Origin: an uncultured Chloroflexia bacterium
GTDB lineage: Bacteria; Chloroflexota; Anaerolineae; Anaerolineales; UBA4823
DNA length: 64,000 nt
Direction: 5' to 3'
Assembly (NCBI GenBank): GCA_963793095.1
Contig: CAWBYY010000004.1
Span: 305,107-369,106, forward strand
Shown here: one piece after another, positions 39,062-49,890 of the stretch
How the letters are laid out: every line of letters starts with the position of its first letter
Numbering within the stretch: position 1 is the stretch's first letter
The notes under the pieces: model-generated
Database searches by the model: none
What the model saw: only the letters and a program-made list of their open reading frames with translations
Told to the model about the DNA's origin: nothing
Made by a program: the position numbers and the translations under genes

Positions 39062-39835
39062 CTAACGAGCAGTTGGAGATATCGCCTCGAATATTTCAAC
39101 CAGTTCTTGATATGAAACAAATCCTACCCATTCCTTTTGATTTTTACCTTCCCCATCAACCAGAATAAAATGAGGCTCTTTCTGGAAGCGCAATTCCTTT
39201 TTAAAAAATTCATTTGCAGGATCATCGATATCCAGGTATGTGAAAATAATATCCCCGCCATACTTCTCTTCAAGGTTTTGAATCTCTGGTGCAAGGGCCT
39301 GGCAGGCTCCACACCAGAATGCAAAAAATTCGAAAAACTGATATTTTCCGCTGTTTAACTTAACCCGGGTTGGGTCACTTGCCCGGAGTTCAGATTTGAT
39401 CCAGTCAGGTAGTTCTACCGGTGTGCTGATAGTTTCTGGCATAACCGCTGTCTGCGTAATGGCAGCTTGGTTTCCCGTTGGTGTGATTGTAGAATTTATT
39501 ACAGGGATGGTTTCTGTGATAAATTCGCCTGTCGGTGTAAAGAATCCCCTGATAATTGCATTCAGTTCATCCTCCGCCCCCGGAGTCTTATTCAGGTTTC
39601 TTACATTAGTTCCCCTGGGAATTTTGATGGCATTCTCCACTCCGACTCCATTTACTTCCAGCTCCGCTGCAGTCTTTGTGGCTTTCTTCGGAATTCGTTC
39701 TTTAATTCCTGCAGTCGCAGAAGGAGACAATAACGCCTCTATCGGCATTGTTAAAGTCCTGCATGCCAGAAGAACAAACCCAATTATTATCAGGAATGGA
39801 ATAAACCTGATGTGAATCCGGCTATAATACTTCAT
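39062..39835 (-). CDS. Lipoprotein with Thr/Pro-rich linker and C-terminal thioredoxin domain
   Basis: Lipobox LLA-C, low-complexity linker and FFAFWCGAC. Confidence 0.8.
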   Translation of the reverse strand: MKYYSRIHIRFIPFLIIIGFVLLACRTLTMPIEALLSPSATAGIKERIPKKATKTAAELEVNGVGVENAIKIPRGTNVRNLNKTPGAEDELNAIIRGFFTPTGEFITETIPVINSTITPTGNQAAITQTAVMPETISTPVELPDWIKSELRASDPTRVKLNSGKYQFFEFFAFWCGACQALAPEIQNLEEKYGGDIIFTYLDIDDPANEFFKKELRFQKEPHFILVDGEGKNQKEWVGFVSYQELVEIFEAISPTAR

Positions 39836-39985
39836 TTCAATTTGGGCATCTATCCGAGTTATTTATTCAATCTTACCGCACAAAACATTAAAAATAAAAT
39901 TTACCCAAAGTATCAAGGATTTTTACTGTAGCCGCCAGATCAATTGGTTAATGATTTTTTCAATAAACACTTAATTTTATTGTCC

Positions 39986-40591
39986 ATGGAACAACCAGAT
40001 ATTAAGAAAACAAAGAATTCAGCTAACATCATTTTCACAAACAGCAGATGGGCAGCTTTTTCCATAATACTCCTTTTCTCAGGGCTGGTTTGGATTTTTA
40101 TCAGCCGGATCGATCAGACCAGTGTCGGAGCAGAAGGTCAATCCGCCCCGTTTATTGGGTTCGATGCGCCAGAGTTTTCCCTCCTGAATGATAGAGGGGA
40201 AACCGTCTCATCGCTCGACTACCTGGGAAATCCCTTTATTATAAATTTGTGGGCAAGCTGGTGTCCACCATGCAGGGCTGAAATGCCTGCCCTGGAGCGT
40301 GTTTACCAGGAGTACAATAGTGCAGGCTTGGAAATTTTATCGATTAATATTACATCTCAGGATGACAAGCAAAAAGCTATCCAGTTCACCCGGGAAATTG
40401 GGATTTCATTTCCAACCCTTTTTGATGAAAAAGGTCAAATTTCAGAGCTCTATCACCTTCAGGCGCTTCCGACCACTTTTTTTATTGATGAAAATGGCGT
40501 AATCCAGGATATTGTAATTGGAGGCCCGATGTCCGAAACGCTCTTGCGCACCAGGGTTGAGGAAATGTTTAACACTCAGGGTGATCGGTGA
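39986..40591 (+). CDS. Membrane-anchored TlpA/ResA thiol-disulfide oxidoreductase
   Basis: TM segment, GFDAPEFSL, INLWASWCPPC and LPTTFF. Confidence 0.92.
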   Translation: MEQPDIKKTKNSANIIFTNSRWAAFSIILLFSGLVWIFISRIDQTSVGAEGQSAPFIGFDAPEFSLLNDRGETVSSLDYLGNPFIINLWASWCPPCRAEMPALERVYQEYNSAGLEILSINITSQDDKQKAIQFTREIGISFPTLFDEKGQISELYHLQALPTTFFIDENGVIQDIVIGGPMSETLLRTRVEEMFNTQGDR

Positions 40592-41352
40592 TGTTCCCCA
40601 TAATAAATATAGGTCCTTTTGCTATTCAAGCCCCTGGATTGTTTGTGCTAATCGGAATTTGGGGGGGACTTTTCCTGGCTGAAAGATACCTGGATCGCTA
40701 CAAAATTGAACCGAAGAAATTCAATAATCTGGTTTTTATCTCATTAATATCAGGTTTAATTGGCGCCAGGCTATTTTTTGTAATCCAATATTTAGAAATC
40801 TTCCTCCAAAACCCGCTAAGTATTCTTTCAATTAATCCAAATCTTTTTGATATGTTTGGCGGGATAATCTGTGCAATCCTTGCTGGCATGATATTCGGGA
40901 ATAAAAATGGATTTAAACTATGGGTGACTCTGGATGCGATTACGCCTATTCTGGCAGTCCTTTCGATTTCAATCGGTCTGGCGCATCTTGCTTCTGGTTC
41001 CCACTTTGGGATACCAACAAATCTCCCATTTGGAATTGAATTATGGGGACAAATTCGCCACCCTGTACAAATCTATCACATCCTTGCAGCAATGATGATC
41101 CTCGTATTTCTCTGGCCGGGAAGAAAATTTAACGCAGGATTACCACCCGGAGTTTATTTCTTATTTTTTATTTCAATCAGTTCAGCAGCATACCTGTTAA
41201 TTTCGGGATTCCAGGCAAAGAGTCATGTCATTTTTTATGGCTTTCGCAGTGAACAAATAATAGCGTGGATGATACTGGCAATTTGTTTATATGGCATAAA
41301 AAAATTAGGTAACAGGTCGGCTGACCATATTAATAACAAACGATCTCTATGA
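40588..41352 (+). CDS. Lgt-like membrane protein with degenerate signature
   Basis: MFPIINIGP, GLIGARLFFV, RHPVQIY and RSEQ resemble Lgt, but the GRxGNFxNxE motif is replaced by GLAHLASGSH. Confidence 0.7.
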   Translation: MMFPIINIGPFAIQAPGLFVLIGIWGGLFLAERYLDRYKIEPKKFNNLVFISLISGLIGARLFFVIQYLEIFLQNPLSILSINPNLFDMFGGIICAILAGMIFGNKNGFKLWVTLDAITPILAVLSISIGLAHLASGSHFGIPTNLPFGIELWGQIRHPVQIYHILAAMMILVFLWPGRKFNAGLPPGVYFLFFISISSAAYLLISGFQAKSHVIFYGFRSEQIIAWMILAICLYGIKKLGNRSADHINNKRSL

Positions 41353-41406
41353 AACTATTTTTAATTTTTAACATCTAAAATAATAAAAGGATCAGAGCGT
41401 AAAACT

Positions 41407-41814
41407 ATGCTAAATATTGGTTATGAAATCCAGTCAATGCTTCCATATGAACAAGCAATGGAAGAGGTTAAAATTGCTCTCAATAACGAAGGATTTGGAT
41501 TCCTTACCTTTATTGATGTACGGAAGACAATTCGTGAAAAACTTGATAGATAATTCAAACCTTATGCTATCCTTGGTGCATGCAACCCTCCCCTTACACT
41601 AAGAGCCCTTTCCAGCGACCCTGCAATAGGACTTTTACTTCCGTGTAATATTACAGTAGAAGATGATTTGAAAGGTGGAACAATTATTCATATTTCAAAT
41701 CCGGAAACACTGCTTTTATCAATTGAAGTTAAACATAATGAAGAGCTTCGTGAAGTAGCATTTCAGGCAGGTGAAAAAATTAAAAAAGTTGTTGATAAGA
41801 CAAGCGGAATTTAA
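41407..41814 (+). pseudogene. DUF302 domain protein with one in-frame TAA (pseudogene or base error)
   Basis: EGFGFLTFIDV...KLDR*FKPYAILGACNP...LLPCNITV; TAA at 41551-41553; not in the ORF track. Confidence 0.8.
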
Positions 41815-41843
41815 TTACAATAAGAGAATATTTATATTAAATC

Positions 41844-42194
41844 ATGGACAAAATTTTTATTAATAATCTGGTAGCTCGCGGAATAATTGGTATAAACGAT
41901 TGGGAAAGAGAAAAACCACAGGAGATCAGGATCAATATCATCCTTTTTGCTGACTTGATCGAGGCAGGAGAATTGGACGATATATCAAAAAGCATAAATT
42001 ATAAAACTGTCGCAAAAAAAACGATTGCATTGGCAGAATCTGCCCAACGGTACACAGTTGAAGCGCTCGCATCCGACGTAGCAAAGTTATGCCTGAAAGA
42101 ACCGGGTGTGTTGAAAGTACAAGTCCGCGTTGAAAAACCCGGCGCAGTCCGTTTTTCGGAATCAGTAGGTGTAGAAATTGAAAGATCAAATTAA
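41844..42194 (+). CDS. folB: Dihydroneopterin aldolase
   Basis: MDKIFI, GIIGINDWE, INYKTV, VEALA and VEKPGA. Confidence 0.93.
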   Translation: MDKIFINNLVARGIIGINDWEREKPQEIRINIILFADLIEAGELDDISKSINYKTVAKKTIALAESAQRYTVEALASDVAKLCLKEPGVLKVQVRVEKPGAVRFSESVGVEIERSN

Positions 42195-42705
42195 AAATCA
42201 GAAATTTAGTTATAAGAACCAGGTTTATCTGGGTCTGGGTTCGAATATTGATCCTGAAAGAAACATATTAAAGGCTGTCGAACTGCTGCAAAACATCTTT
42301 CATCTTGCAGGAATATCAAGTGCCTGGGAATCTTTTCCTGTCGGATCTAATGGGCCCAAATTTATTAATGCAGCCTTAAACTTCAATACCGATTTGAACC
42401 TGGATAAATTGAAGCAAGATGTTCTCATTCCGGTTGAAGCCCAATTGGGACGTGTTCGAACCAGCGACAAGTATGCCCCCCGGACAATTGACCTGGATGT
42501 TTTAATTTGGAATGAAGAGACCGTTGATCAAGAGCTGGTGAAACTCCCTCATTTAGCTGTCCCTGTCGCAGAATTATCTCCTGGATTCAGACCATTCAGG
42601 GGAACTGAAACTATCGAGGAAATTGCCGGGGTATTAAATTCAAACAAAGCGCTGGTTTTCTGCCCTGAAATCAGCCAGAAATTAAGAGAATTATTTCGGT
42701 CATAA
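42178..42705 (+). CDS. folK: 6-hydroxymethyl-7,8-dihydropterin pyrophosphokinase
   Basis: [22 protein letters not shown] and LPH. Confidence 0.92.
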   Translation: MKDQIKNQKFSYKNQVYLGLGSNIDPERNILKAVELLQNIFHLAGISSAWESFPVGSNGPKFINAALNFNTDLNLDKLKQDVLIPVEAQLGRVRTSDKYAPRTIDLDVLIWNEETVDQELVKLPHLAVPVAELSPGFRPFRGTETIEEIAGVLNSNKALVFCPEISQKLRELFRS

Positions 42706-43335
42706 AACCGGATTCGATCGGCGTGAAATATTTGCCAGAAACTCCTCTCTGGTGGCAAGACTCTGGCGGAAAGCACCCAGCATCGTTGAAGTTGTCATCC
42801 TTGCATCATGTTTTTTTACCCCGCGCATCGTAGCACAAAGATGCAAGCCTTCTACAACTACCGCAACTCCTAATGGGTGCAGTAAAGTATCAATAAATTC
42901 CGCGATCTGACGGGTCATTCTTTCCTGGACCTGAAATCTTTTAGCAAATAAATCAACAATCCTTGGAATTTTTGACAAGCCGATAACTCGTTCACGTGGT
43001 AAATAAGCAACATGCGCACGACCGATGAAAGGCAGTAAATGGTGCTCGCACAGGCTGTAAAATTCAATATCTCTTACGACAACCATTTCGTCATATTTCA
43101 CATCGAATAAGGCATCGTTTACGAGAGATATTGGATCTGTGCGGTACCCTTCAAGTAATTCTTCATACATCCTGGCAACTCTTTCTGGAGTTCGCCTTAA
43201 CCCCTCCCGATTAACATCTTCACCTATCGCCTCAAGCAATTTAAGGATTGATTGTTGAATTCCTTCATAATCAATATCGCTGTCCGAGATCAAATCTGCA
43301 GCATTTTTTATAGCTGTTGTATTATTAAAAGTCAT
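42700..43335 (-). CDS. folE: GTP cyclohydrolase I
   Basis: [37 protein letters not shown] and HLCATMRG. Confidence 0.97.
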   Translation of the reverse strand: MTFNNTTAIKNAADLISDSDIDYEGIQQSILKLLEAIGEDVNREGLRRTPERVARMYEELLEGYRTDPISLVNDALFDVKYDEMVVVRDIEFYSLCEHHLLPFIGRAHVAYLPRERVIGLSKIPRIVDLFAKRFQVQERMTRQIAEFIDTLLHPLGVAVVVEGLHLCATMRGVKKHDARMTTSTMLGAFRQSLATREEFLANISRRSNPVL

Positions 43336-43336
43336 A

Positions 43337-43906
43337 TTAGCCCACTTCCGGTTCTATCAATCCAAATGAACCATCTCTACGTCGATACAGAACATTTATT
43401 GAATTTGTATTTGCATTAAAAAAGATAAAAAAACTTTCATGACCAAGCAGCTCCATTTGTTCTAATGCTTCAAACTCATCCATTGGTGTCAACATAAACT
43501 GCTTTCTGCGAGCAATCACCGGCTTCAATTCACCCGTGTCTTCTTCTAACAAATCCTGTTCCACCACAAATTCACCTGCTGGCGTCCCATCCCCTCTACC
43601 CCTATATCTTTTCCCTTTATACCTTTCTATTCGGCGCTGGATCTTTTCCAGAGCGATATCAATTGCTGCAAATATATCATCTGCCCTCTCTTCAGACCGC
43701 AAGATAAATCCTTTTCCCCGAACAGTAATCTGGGCTACCTGGCGATCAGCTGCGCTACGGGCAGATTTAATATACGCGAGATCTACCCTTGCTTCTTCAA
43801 TACCAGGTAAATATCTATCCAGCTTGGAGATCTTTTTATCGACATATTCCCTGATTCTTTCTGTAATCTCCATATTTCTTCCTGAGATCTCAACATCTAG
43901 TGTCAT
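43337..43906 (-). CDS. hpf: Long ribosome hibernation promoting factor
   Basis: [21 protein letters not shown]; C-terminal [16 protein letters not shown]...NVLYRRRDG. Confidence 0.94.
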   Translation of the reverse strand: MTLDVEISGRNMEITERIREYVDKKISKLDRYLPGIEEARVDLAYIKSARSAADRQVAQITVRGKGFILRSEERADDIFAAIDIALEKIQRRIERYKGKRYRGRGDGTPAGEFVVEQDLLEEDTGELKPVIARRKQFMLTPMDEFEALEQMELLGHESFFIFFNANTNSINVLYRRRDGSFGLIEPEVG

Positions 43907-43969
43907 CTTTACCTCCAAACACCTGATTATTTTTAGTATTTTGTAACTGACAAACCAGCCAATTTATAA

Positions 43970-44730
43970 TTAACTTACAGCAAAATAGCGTGAACGGGCA
44001 AGAGTGAGGCAAAATACTTCCTTCGCTCCCGCCGTTTTCAAAGCAGCAGCACAGGCTTCCAGTGTGGCGCCGCTTGTTGTGACATCATCAATTAGTAGAA
44101 CTCTTTTTCTTTCCACATAATCCGAATCTGCAAGAAACGCTCCATTAACATTTACCATCCGTTGGGTAAAGGTTAAACCCACCTGGGAGTCAGTCTCCCT
44201 TATTTTTAATAACCCTTTAGTTAGATAAGGTTTTCCAATTGCCAGAGCGACCGGACGGGCTAAAAGCGGGATTGATTGTATCCTCTCTCAAAGTATCGCT
44301 TTTCACCCAATGGAACCGGTATCACTGTATCAGGATTCCAATCATAACCTTCAAGTAACTTGATTAATGGGCGAGCTAAAATCTCTCCGAGCGTTTGATC
44401 GCCGCGGTATTTCAATCTGTGAATAACACTTCTCAGCGAACCTTCGAAATATGCCCATGATCTTAATTTGTCAAAAGAGGGGGTGCGAAGCATACAGTTG
44501 TGACAGGTGGAATATTTATAATTCGGGCGTCCGCACCTATCACATACTCGGTCCGGCAGACGTTGGACAGTTTTCTGGCAATTTTCACACCATCTTGATC
44601 CAAAAACGTCACATCCTCCACAATTGGGTGGGAAAAACAAATCCAATCCCATCCAGGAATATTTATACAAACGATAAACAAACCTTTCCCTTGTTTTTGG
44701 TTGATCAATTAAATTTTGAGATGATTTCAA
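43970..44730 (-). CDS. comF: ComF family phosphoribosyltransferase-like competence protein; one frameshift
   Basis: Double zinc ribbon (FPPNCGGC, CDRC, CHNC), VIHRLKY, PVPL, RGYNQS, then LLIDDVTTSGATL; shift near 44265. Confidence 0.9.
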
Positions 44731-44855
44731 GGATTGATGAGTTAACCTAGTGGGTCAAGGTATTGATAACAAGCATAACAATCAGGCTCATTTGTAATTA
44801 TTGTTTCGATGTGTTTATTCGATTGGTTTCCTTATCCCAGATTGATAAATGAAAA

Positions 44856-45002
44856 TCAGATCGTTTGTAAAAAATCATCAATGTAATTGGTTATCCATGG
44901 CCCCAGTAATTCAATGATCACCCAAACGATAATAACAACTAAAATAATAATAAGGGCATATTCGACCAGGCCCTGCCCGGATTGGTTCGAATCTGGAGAC
45001 AC
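44856..45002 (-). CDS. flp: Flp/Fap (type IVb/Tad) pilin, 48 aa, missed by the ORF track
   Basis: GGAGG SD, GTG start, MSPDSNQSG|QGLVEYALIIILVVIIVWVIIELLGPWITNYIDDFLQTI*: G(-1), E(+5) and Y(+6) Flp motif plus hydrophobic helix. Confidence 0.88.
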   Translation of the reverse strand: MSPDSNQSGQGLVEYALIIILVVIIVWVIIELLGPWITNYIDDFLQTI

Positions 45003-45041
45003 TTGAATAACCTCCATTTATTCTGGATTATTGTTGACCTG

Positions 45042-45070
45042 ATTATAGAAAATTATTAAAGAAAAAGCAA
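45042..45070 (-). promoter_or_regulatory. Promoter of flp (possibly flp-comF-hpf)
   Basis: TTGCTT (45070-45065), 17-nt spacer, TATAAT (45047-45042). Confidence 0.65.
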
Positions 45071-45093
45071 TATGCAGAATTTAATAAAGTCCT

Positions 45094-46344
45094 TTACCGT
45101 AAATAATCTGAGACTTTTTCCAAAGGCAGCTGGTCAGGATTTACTGCCCACCATTTCACCCAGTAAAGCCCTACTAAAATAACCAGGGGAGTAAGAAAAT
45201 AAATTATCGGGTCCAGGTCAGGCTGTATACCTCTCTGAACGCCATTCAATAATAGGAGCCAGATCCCAATCGAAGTAACCAGCAGAAAAATTACAATTAA
45301 CCATCTCCCAAGCAGTCCCCACCGTTTATACCAGGTAGCCAGAATAAGCATAATCGTCGGGAACAGCAATATGTAGTTTTCCAGAGTGCTGTAAACACCA
45401 ATCAAAGTTGTAGCGGTCAGGGTAACCATTGCAGTCCAGGTGAACCAGCGTTCATCCTTACCAATACTCGACCTCCACTCAATTAGAAGCATGGCTACCA
45501 TCACACCGGTTAGAATCCATCCTGTCTGCTTTCCTACCCCAGGAACCCAGTTCATTAGGATGGAACCGGGAGTACTGATGAACATGATATCGTTGTACCG
45601 GATTATCTGGCGGACATTTTCCAGCAACCAATCCTGAATGAACAGGCTTCCAAAGATGATTAGAAAAACCAAACTACCCAGGAAAGTCCAGATTATTCTC
45701 CAGCGCCCTTTGAATATTGACCAGACAATAATAAATAAATAAAGCATAATTACCATTTGCGGTTTAATGCTGGCCATTGCAAGTAAAACTCCCCCTAAAG
45801 CATCCTGTTTGGAACGGATAGCCAGAAGAGCGCTGGTCACCAGGAAAGCAACTAAAACTGAGACATTGCCACTTATTACTGGCCGAATTCCATGATACCA
45901 GAGAAAAATAAATATAAACAAACCTATTAGCATTAATATAGATGGTCGCCAGTCTACCAGTACCAAACTGACAATTAATAATCCCACCAGAATGAATTCT
46001 AAGAATGTCATCCATAAAGAAAAAGCGGAATCGTGATTCTCAATCAGAGCAAAGGGCACATACAGGATGATTGAATAAAATGGGTATACGAAATAACCTG
46101 GATCTTCATTAGATTTTGCCAACCGTCCATATACTGTTCGTTGAATCTCACTGGTCGCTTGTTCACTGAAAGGATTTGTCCCTTCCATCAGGAAAGATCT
46201 GGTGCCCTGCCAGCGAGGAATAAATTTATTCATGCCCATGTTCTGAGATGCATACTGGTAATTCAACCAGGTTGCGATCCCAATAATTGAAACAATCAAA
46301 ATGATCAACCCAAAGAGCAAAAGATTAGCTCGATTGTTACTCAT
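45094..46344 (-). CDS. GT-C fold membrane glycosyltransferase (GT87/DUF2029-like)
   Basis: Many TMs, GYFVYPFYSIILYVPF, SGNVSVL, MASIKPQ and ENY. Confidence 0.75.
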   Translation of the reverse strand: MSNNRANLLLFGLIILIVSIIGIATWLNYQYASQNMGMNKFIPRWQGTRSFLMEGTNPFSEQATSEIQRTVYGRLAKSNEDPGYFVYPFYSIILYVPFALIENHDSAFSLWMTFLEFILVGLLIVSLVLVDWRPSILMLIGLFIFIFLWYHGIRPVISGNVSVLVAFLVTSALLAIRSKQDALGGVLLAMASIKPQMVIMLYLFIIVWSIFKGRWRIIWTFLGSLVFLIIFGSLFIQDWLLENVRQIIRYNDIMFISTPGSILMNWVPGVGKQTGWILTGVMVAMLLIEWRSSIGKDERWFTWTAMVTLTATTLIGVYSTLENYILLFPTIMLILATWYKRWGLLGRWLIVIFLLVTSIGIWLLLLNGVQRGIQPDLDPIIYFLTPLVILVGLYWVKWWAVNPDQLPLEKVSDYLR

Positions 46345-46366
46345 TATTTTTTTACTTGTTATTTAA

Positions 46367-46404
46367 TAAAAAATGCTTTCCAAATAAGTAAACAGGAAAG
46401 CATT
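46367..46404 (-). terminator. Intrinsic terminator after sigA
   Basis: AATGCTTTCC / GGAAAGCATT 10-bp stem followed by a U-tract on the minus strand. Confidence 0.65.
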
Positions 46405-46487
46405 ATAACCAGATAATCGGATTTTCCGGTAATTTTTGGTGATAAAATTCAAAAAATTACAGCGCCTGGAAGGAAATATCCTTTGTT

Positions 46488-47716
46488 TTAACCCAGGTAT
46501 TCACGCAATTTGCGGCGTATTGCTGGGTGACGCAACCTGCTTAATGCCTGAGCTTCAATCTGGCGGACTCTTTCTCGGGTCACCCCCATTTTACGTCCAA
46601 CCTCTTCCAGAGTATAAGCCTGACCATCCAGCAGACCATATCTTAATTGTAATATCCGGACTTCGCGGGGAGGCAAGCCATCCAGTACAACGTCCAGGTG
46701 TTCACGCAGCAAGTTGAATGTCGCAGTATCGTCAGGCGCGGATATCTCGTCATCCTGAATAAAATCTCCAAGCACTGAAATCTTCCTCGTCATCGGTAGG
46801 TGTCTCCAAAGAAAGCGGCCTGCGCGCAACCTGGATCATATTCTCAACCTTTGAAGGATGGACTTCTAAAGCGGTAGCTAGTTCTTCCACAGTTGGGTCG
46901 CGACCCAATCTCTGTGTGAGCTGGTGCTGGATTCTCAACAGCTTATTAATTTGATCGCCCATGTGTACCGGAACCCGGATCGTCCGACCCTGGTCTGCAA
47001 TCGCCCTTGTAACTGCCTGCCTGATCCACCAGGTCGCATATGTACTGAATTTATGGCCTCGACGGTAATCAAATTTCTTAGCCGCTCTGATCAACCCGAT
47101 ATTGCCTTCCTGAATAAGATCAAGAAATGGCACGCCCCTTCCCATATATTTTTTAGCCACGCTGATGACAAGCCTTGAATTTCGCGGTAATTAGATGTTC
47201 CCTGGCAAGCCATCCATCCTGGACAAATAATTGTAGTTCCTGCCTCCTCCTTACTGTGACATTCCCCCGTGCCAGTTCTTCGCGTGATAACCTGCCCTGT
47301 TCAATTCGCTGTGCAAGTTCAACTTCTTCCTCTGCAGTTAACAAAGGAACCCTCCCAACTTCCTTTAAGTAAAGTCCGATTGTATCGTCTGTGTCAATAT
47401 TGGCAAGGAAGTTTTCTTCTATCGATATTTCACGGCTGACTTCGTCATCGAGATCTTCTTCTTCAGTCAAGTCATCGTCACTGGGTTCAACAGCAGTTAA
47501 TTCGTCAATGTAGGCGATGCCCGCACTCAGCAATGCCGCGAATGCTTCTTCCAGTTGGTCAACATCCTGTTCAGCATCAGGAAATAAATTTAATATATCA
47601 TCAATAGTTACAAAGGACTTCTGCCGTCCCAGTTCAATCAATCTAGCAATTGCTGGGTGCTCTTCCTGCCCTTCTATTTCACTCAGAAATTTATCATCAA
47701 TCATCAGTACTCCCAC
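46488..47716 (-). CDS. sigA: Primary sigma70 factor (regions 1.1-4); two +1 frameshifts
   Basis: [43 protein letters not shown] and TRERVRQIE; extra bases near 47180 and 46779. Confidence 0.93.
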
Positions 47717-47785
47717 TTATGAAACAGAATACACCTGTTTTATTCGAAAATCAATACCCAAATTAAAAATTTTTATTTTCTCAAT

Positions 47786-48327
47786 TCATAACCCTTCTGT
47801 TAGAAAGGGTGGATTATTGATTAGATTTACCAGCGCTTCAACTCCAGATACGCTTACAACAAAAACTCTGTCATCGCCCGTTCCAATATAGTAACCACTC
47901 TCAGTCTGGGTCTTCTGACCTATAAGGAAGGTGTCCATTTCGTTTTGTAAATATCCTAACTCGACGATATACCCAGGATTATCTAATCCAGTTGCCTGCC
48001 CGGGTGGGGCTGGATCTAATTCTGAGAGTATCCTTGAGGTGACAAAATTGGTGACTGCGTTTTCCAATGCGGTTGTGTCTACCATTTCATCCACTGGTTT
48101 TACTAAAACCCAATCATTACCTTTTTTTCAACTTCAATGTATTCACCCGTGTCTTTTTTAATCATCACTGACTTAATTTCAATGAATGACTTATCCACGA
48201 GTGTCTCTGCAGTTATTGAGGGTGTAATGTTTGCTGCCTGTTCTACATTTCTCCTGCTGATCATTACGGCTGCTAAAATTAAACCTGCCAGAATAAGGAT
48301 TACAAACCAGGTTGACCGTCTGATCAT
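47786..48327 (-). CDS. DUF4340-like membrane-anchored protein; one frameshift
   Basis: N-terminal TM, TGLDNP, FLIGQKT...GYY and VFVV; one base missing in the 7-base run at 48122-48128. Confidence 0.7.
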
Positions 48328-48330
48328 AGC

Positions 48331-49890
48331 CTAACCTCTCTGACGTCGTTTGAACCATACAACAAAACCCGTTACCAATGCGAGACCCGGTATCAATATC
48401 ACAGTGACCAGCAGTATCAGATTACTTGTCACTGGTGTTAATGGCATGAGTGAACGCCGGGTAGTCTCTTTTGGTGTTAAACTGATAATATCTTCTTTGC
48501 CTGCTAACCAGTCGATGACATTAACAAACAAGTCACCGTTCGCATATGCAAAGAAGTTGGAATTATTTGCGAAATCCGAATCACCCATAACAACCAGCTT
48601 ACTATCCGAAGTGAAGATTTCCGCAACAACCGCCAGCGAAACTGGTCCTGGCAAATCCTGTTCTTGATTAAATGCTGCTTGCTCTGGATTGCTTGCAACT
48701 GAATCCAAATCCGTTTCAGCCCAGGATTGCTGGCCTGTTTTCACCAATTCTGACCTGCTTATCTGCGTTTCAGAATCAGAAACCGTCACACTCCTGACTG
48801 TCGGATACTGAGAGGCGATATTTTCCAATTTAATTGTGATTGGATGGGAGCTATATTCAGCAGCAAAAGGAGCAAATATTTGCATTGAATTAAGATCAAT
48901 TACAATATCATTTCCCATTATTATCCCCCAATCTTCTTCCAGGTAATTTGCAAGGTAATCGGTTTGTCCTTCAAACTCTGTCACAGGAAGCGGTTCCTGC
49001 ATTACAAATAAAGACCCACCCAGCATTATATATTCATTCAAAATTTCAACTTCATTTGAAGCAATAGGAATTCTAGGACCAGCGATTACAATAACATTTG
49101 CATCATCTGGAATTTCATTTGTGGATAATAAATTCAGGTTATCAACGGAATAATTCCTGCTCTCCAGAGATCGTTTAACCTGAGAATAGCCTTCTTCATC
49201 TGTATCTTCTGGATTATATTCCCCATGCCCTGTCAGGAAATAGACCTTGCGTAATTCTGGGCTTATCAATCTGACCAATGCCGCTGTAATTTCTTGTTCG
49301 CTTATAAACGAAACTGGCTCCTGATAGTTACCTTTTTTAAGCACAATCGTTCCATCTCGGGAGATCTGCGCCTGCTCAGCAGCAATAGGATTAGCATCAG
49401 GGTCAATAAACTCGAATTCAAATTTACCATTTGAGTGAAATTTATAAAGTTCAAGCAGCTCCCTGGCCTCATCCGAAGATATTCTCGGGGTAAAGAAAGC
49501 GGATGCAAAAACTGGTGAATCAAGCCTCTTTAATGTCTCGATCGTTTCAGGCGCCAGGGTAAAATTTTTATCTTCAGTCAGATCTTTCCGTAAAGGGTTT
49601 TGATATGATAGATAATTCAGGACAATTAATACCCCCAAAAATGCAGCGCTGAAGATCAAAGCATTACTGCCATACCGGGCATGTCTCCCAGAAAAAAACC
49701 GTCTGATCCGGTTGCGATCCAAAATTACATAAAAAACAAAACTGAAAACCGCAATTCCCAGTACTAACAGTAAAAATTCATCCCAATCTGGCCTGAAAAA
49801 GAAGATTGCGACTGCTCCAATCCCAGCGATTCCAGCAATAATTATTAATACATTTGTCAGATGCCTTCTATTAATCTCCATTAACGCCAC
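48331..49890 (-). CDS. GldG-like ABC auxiliary membrane protein
   Basis: DLTEDKNFTL, FIDPD, VYFLTGHGE, VIAGP and GDSDF...NGDLFVNVIDWL. Confidence 0.88.
   Translation of the reverse strand: MALMEINRRHLTNVLIIIAGIAGIGAVAIFFFRPDWDEFLLLVLGIAVFSFVFYVILDRNRIRRFFSGRHARYGSNALIFSAAFLGVLIVLNYLSYQNPLRKDLTEDKNFTLAPETIETLKRLDSPVFASAFFTPRISSDEARELLELYKFHSNGKFEFEFIDPDANPIAAEQAQISRDGTIVLKKGNYQEPVSFISEQEITAALVRLISPELRKVYFLTGHGEYNPEDTDEEGYSQVKRSLESRNYSVDNLNLLSTNEIPDDANVIVIAGPRIPIASNEVEILNEYIMLGGSLFVMQEPLPVTEFEGQTDYLANYLEEDWGIIMGNDIVIDLNSMQIFAPFAAEYSSHPITIKLENIASQYPTVRSVTVSDSETQISRSELVKTGQQSWAETDLDSVASNPEQAAFNQEQDLPGPVSLAVVAEIFTSDSKLVVMGDSDFANNSNFFAYANGDLFVNVIDWLAGKEDIISLTPKETTRRSLMPLTPVTSNLILLVTVILIPGLALVTGFVVWFKRRQRG

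Noticed and set aside
2530-41553. Stop-codon reassignment suggested by three in-frame TAA codons (2530, 3050, 41551)
   Set aside because: TAA ends many intact genes here, and two of the three cases lie in one decayed gene.
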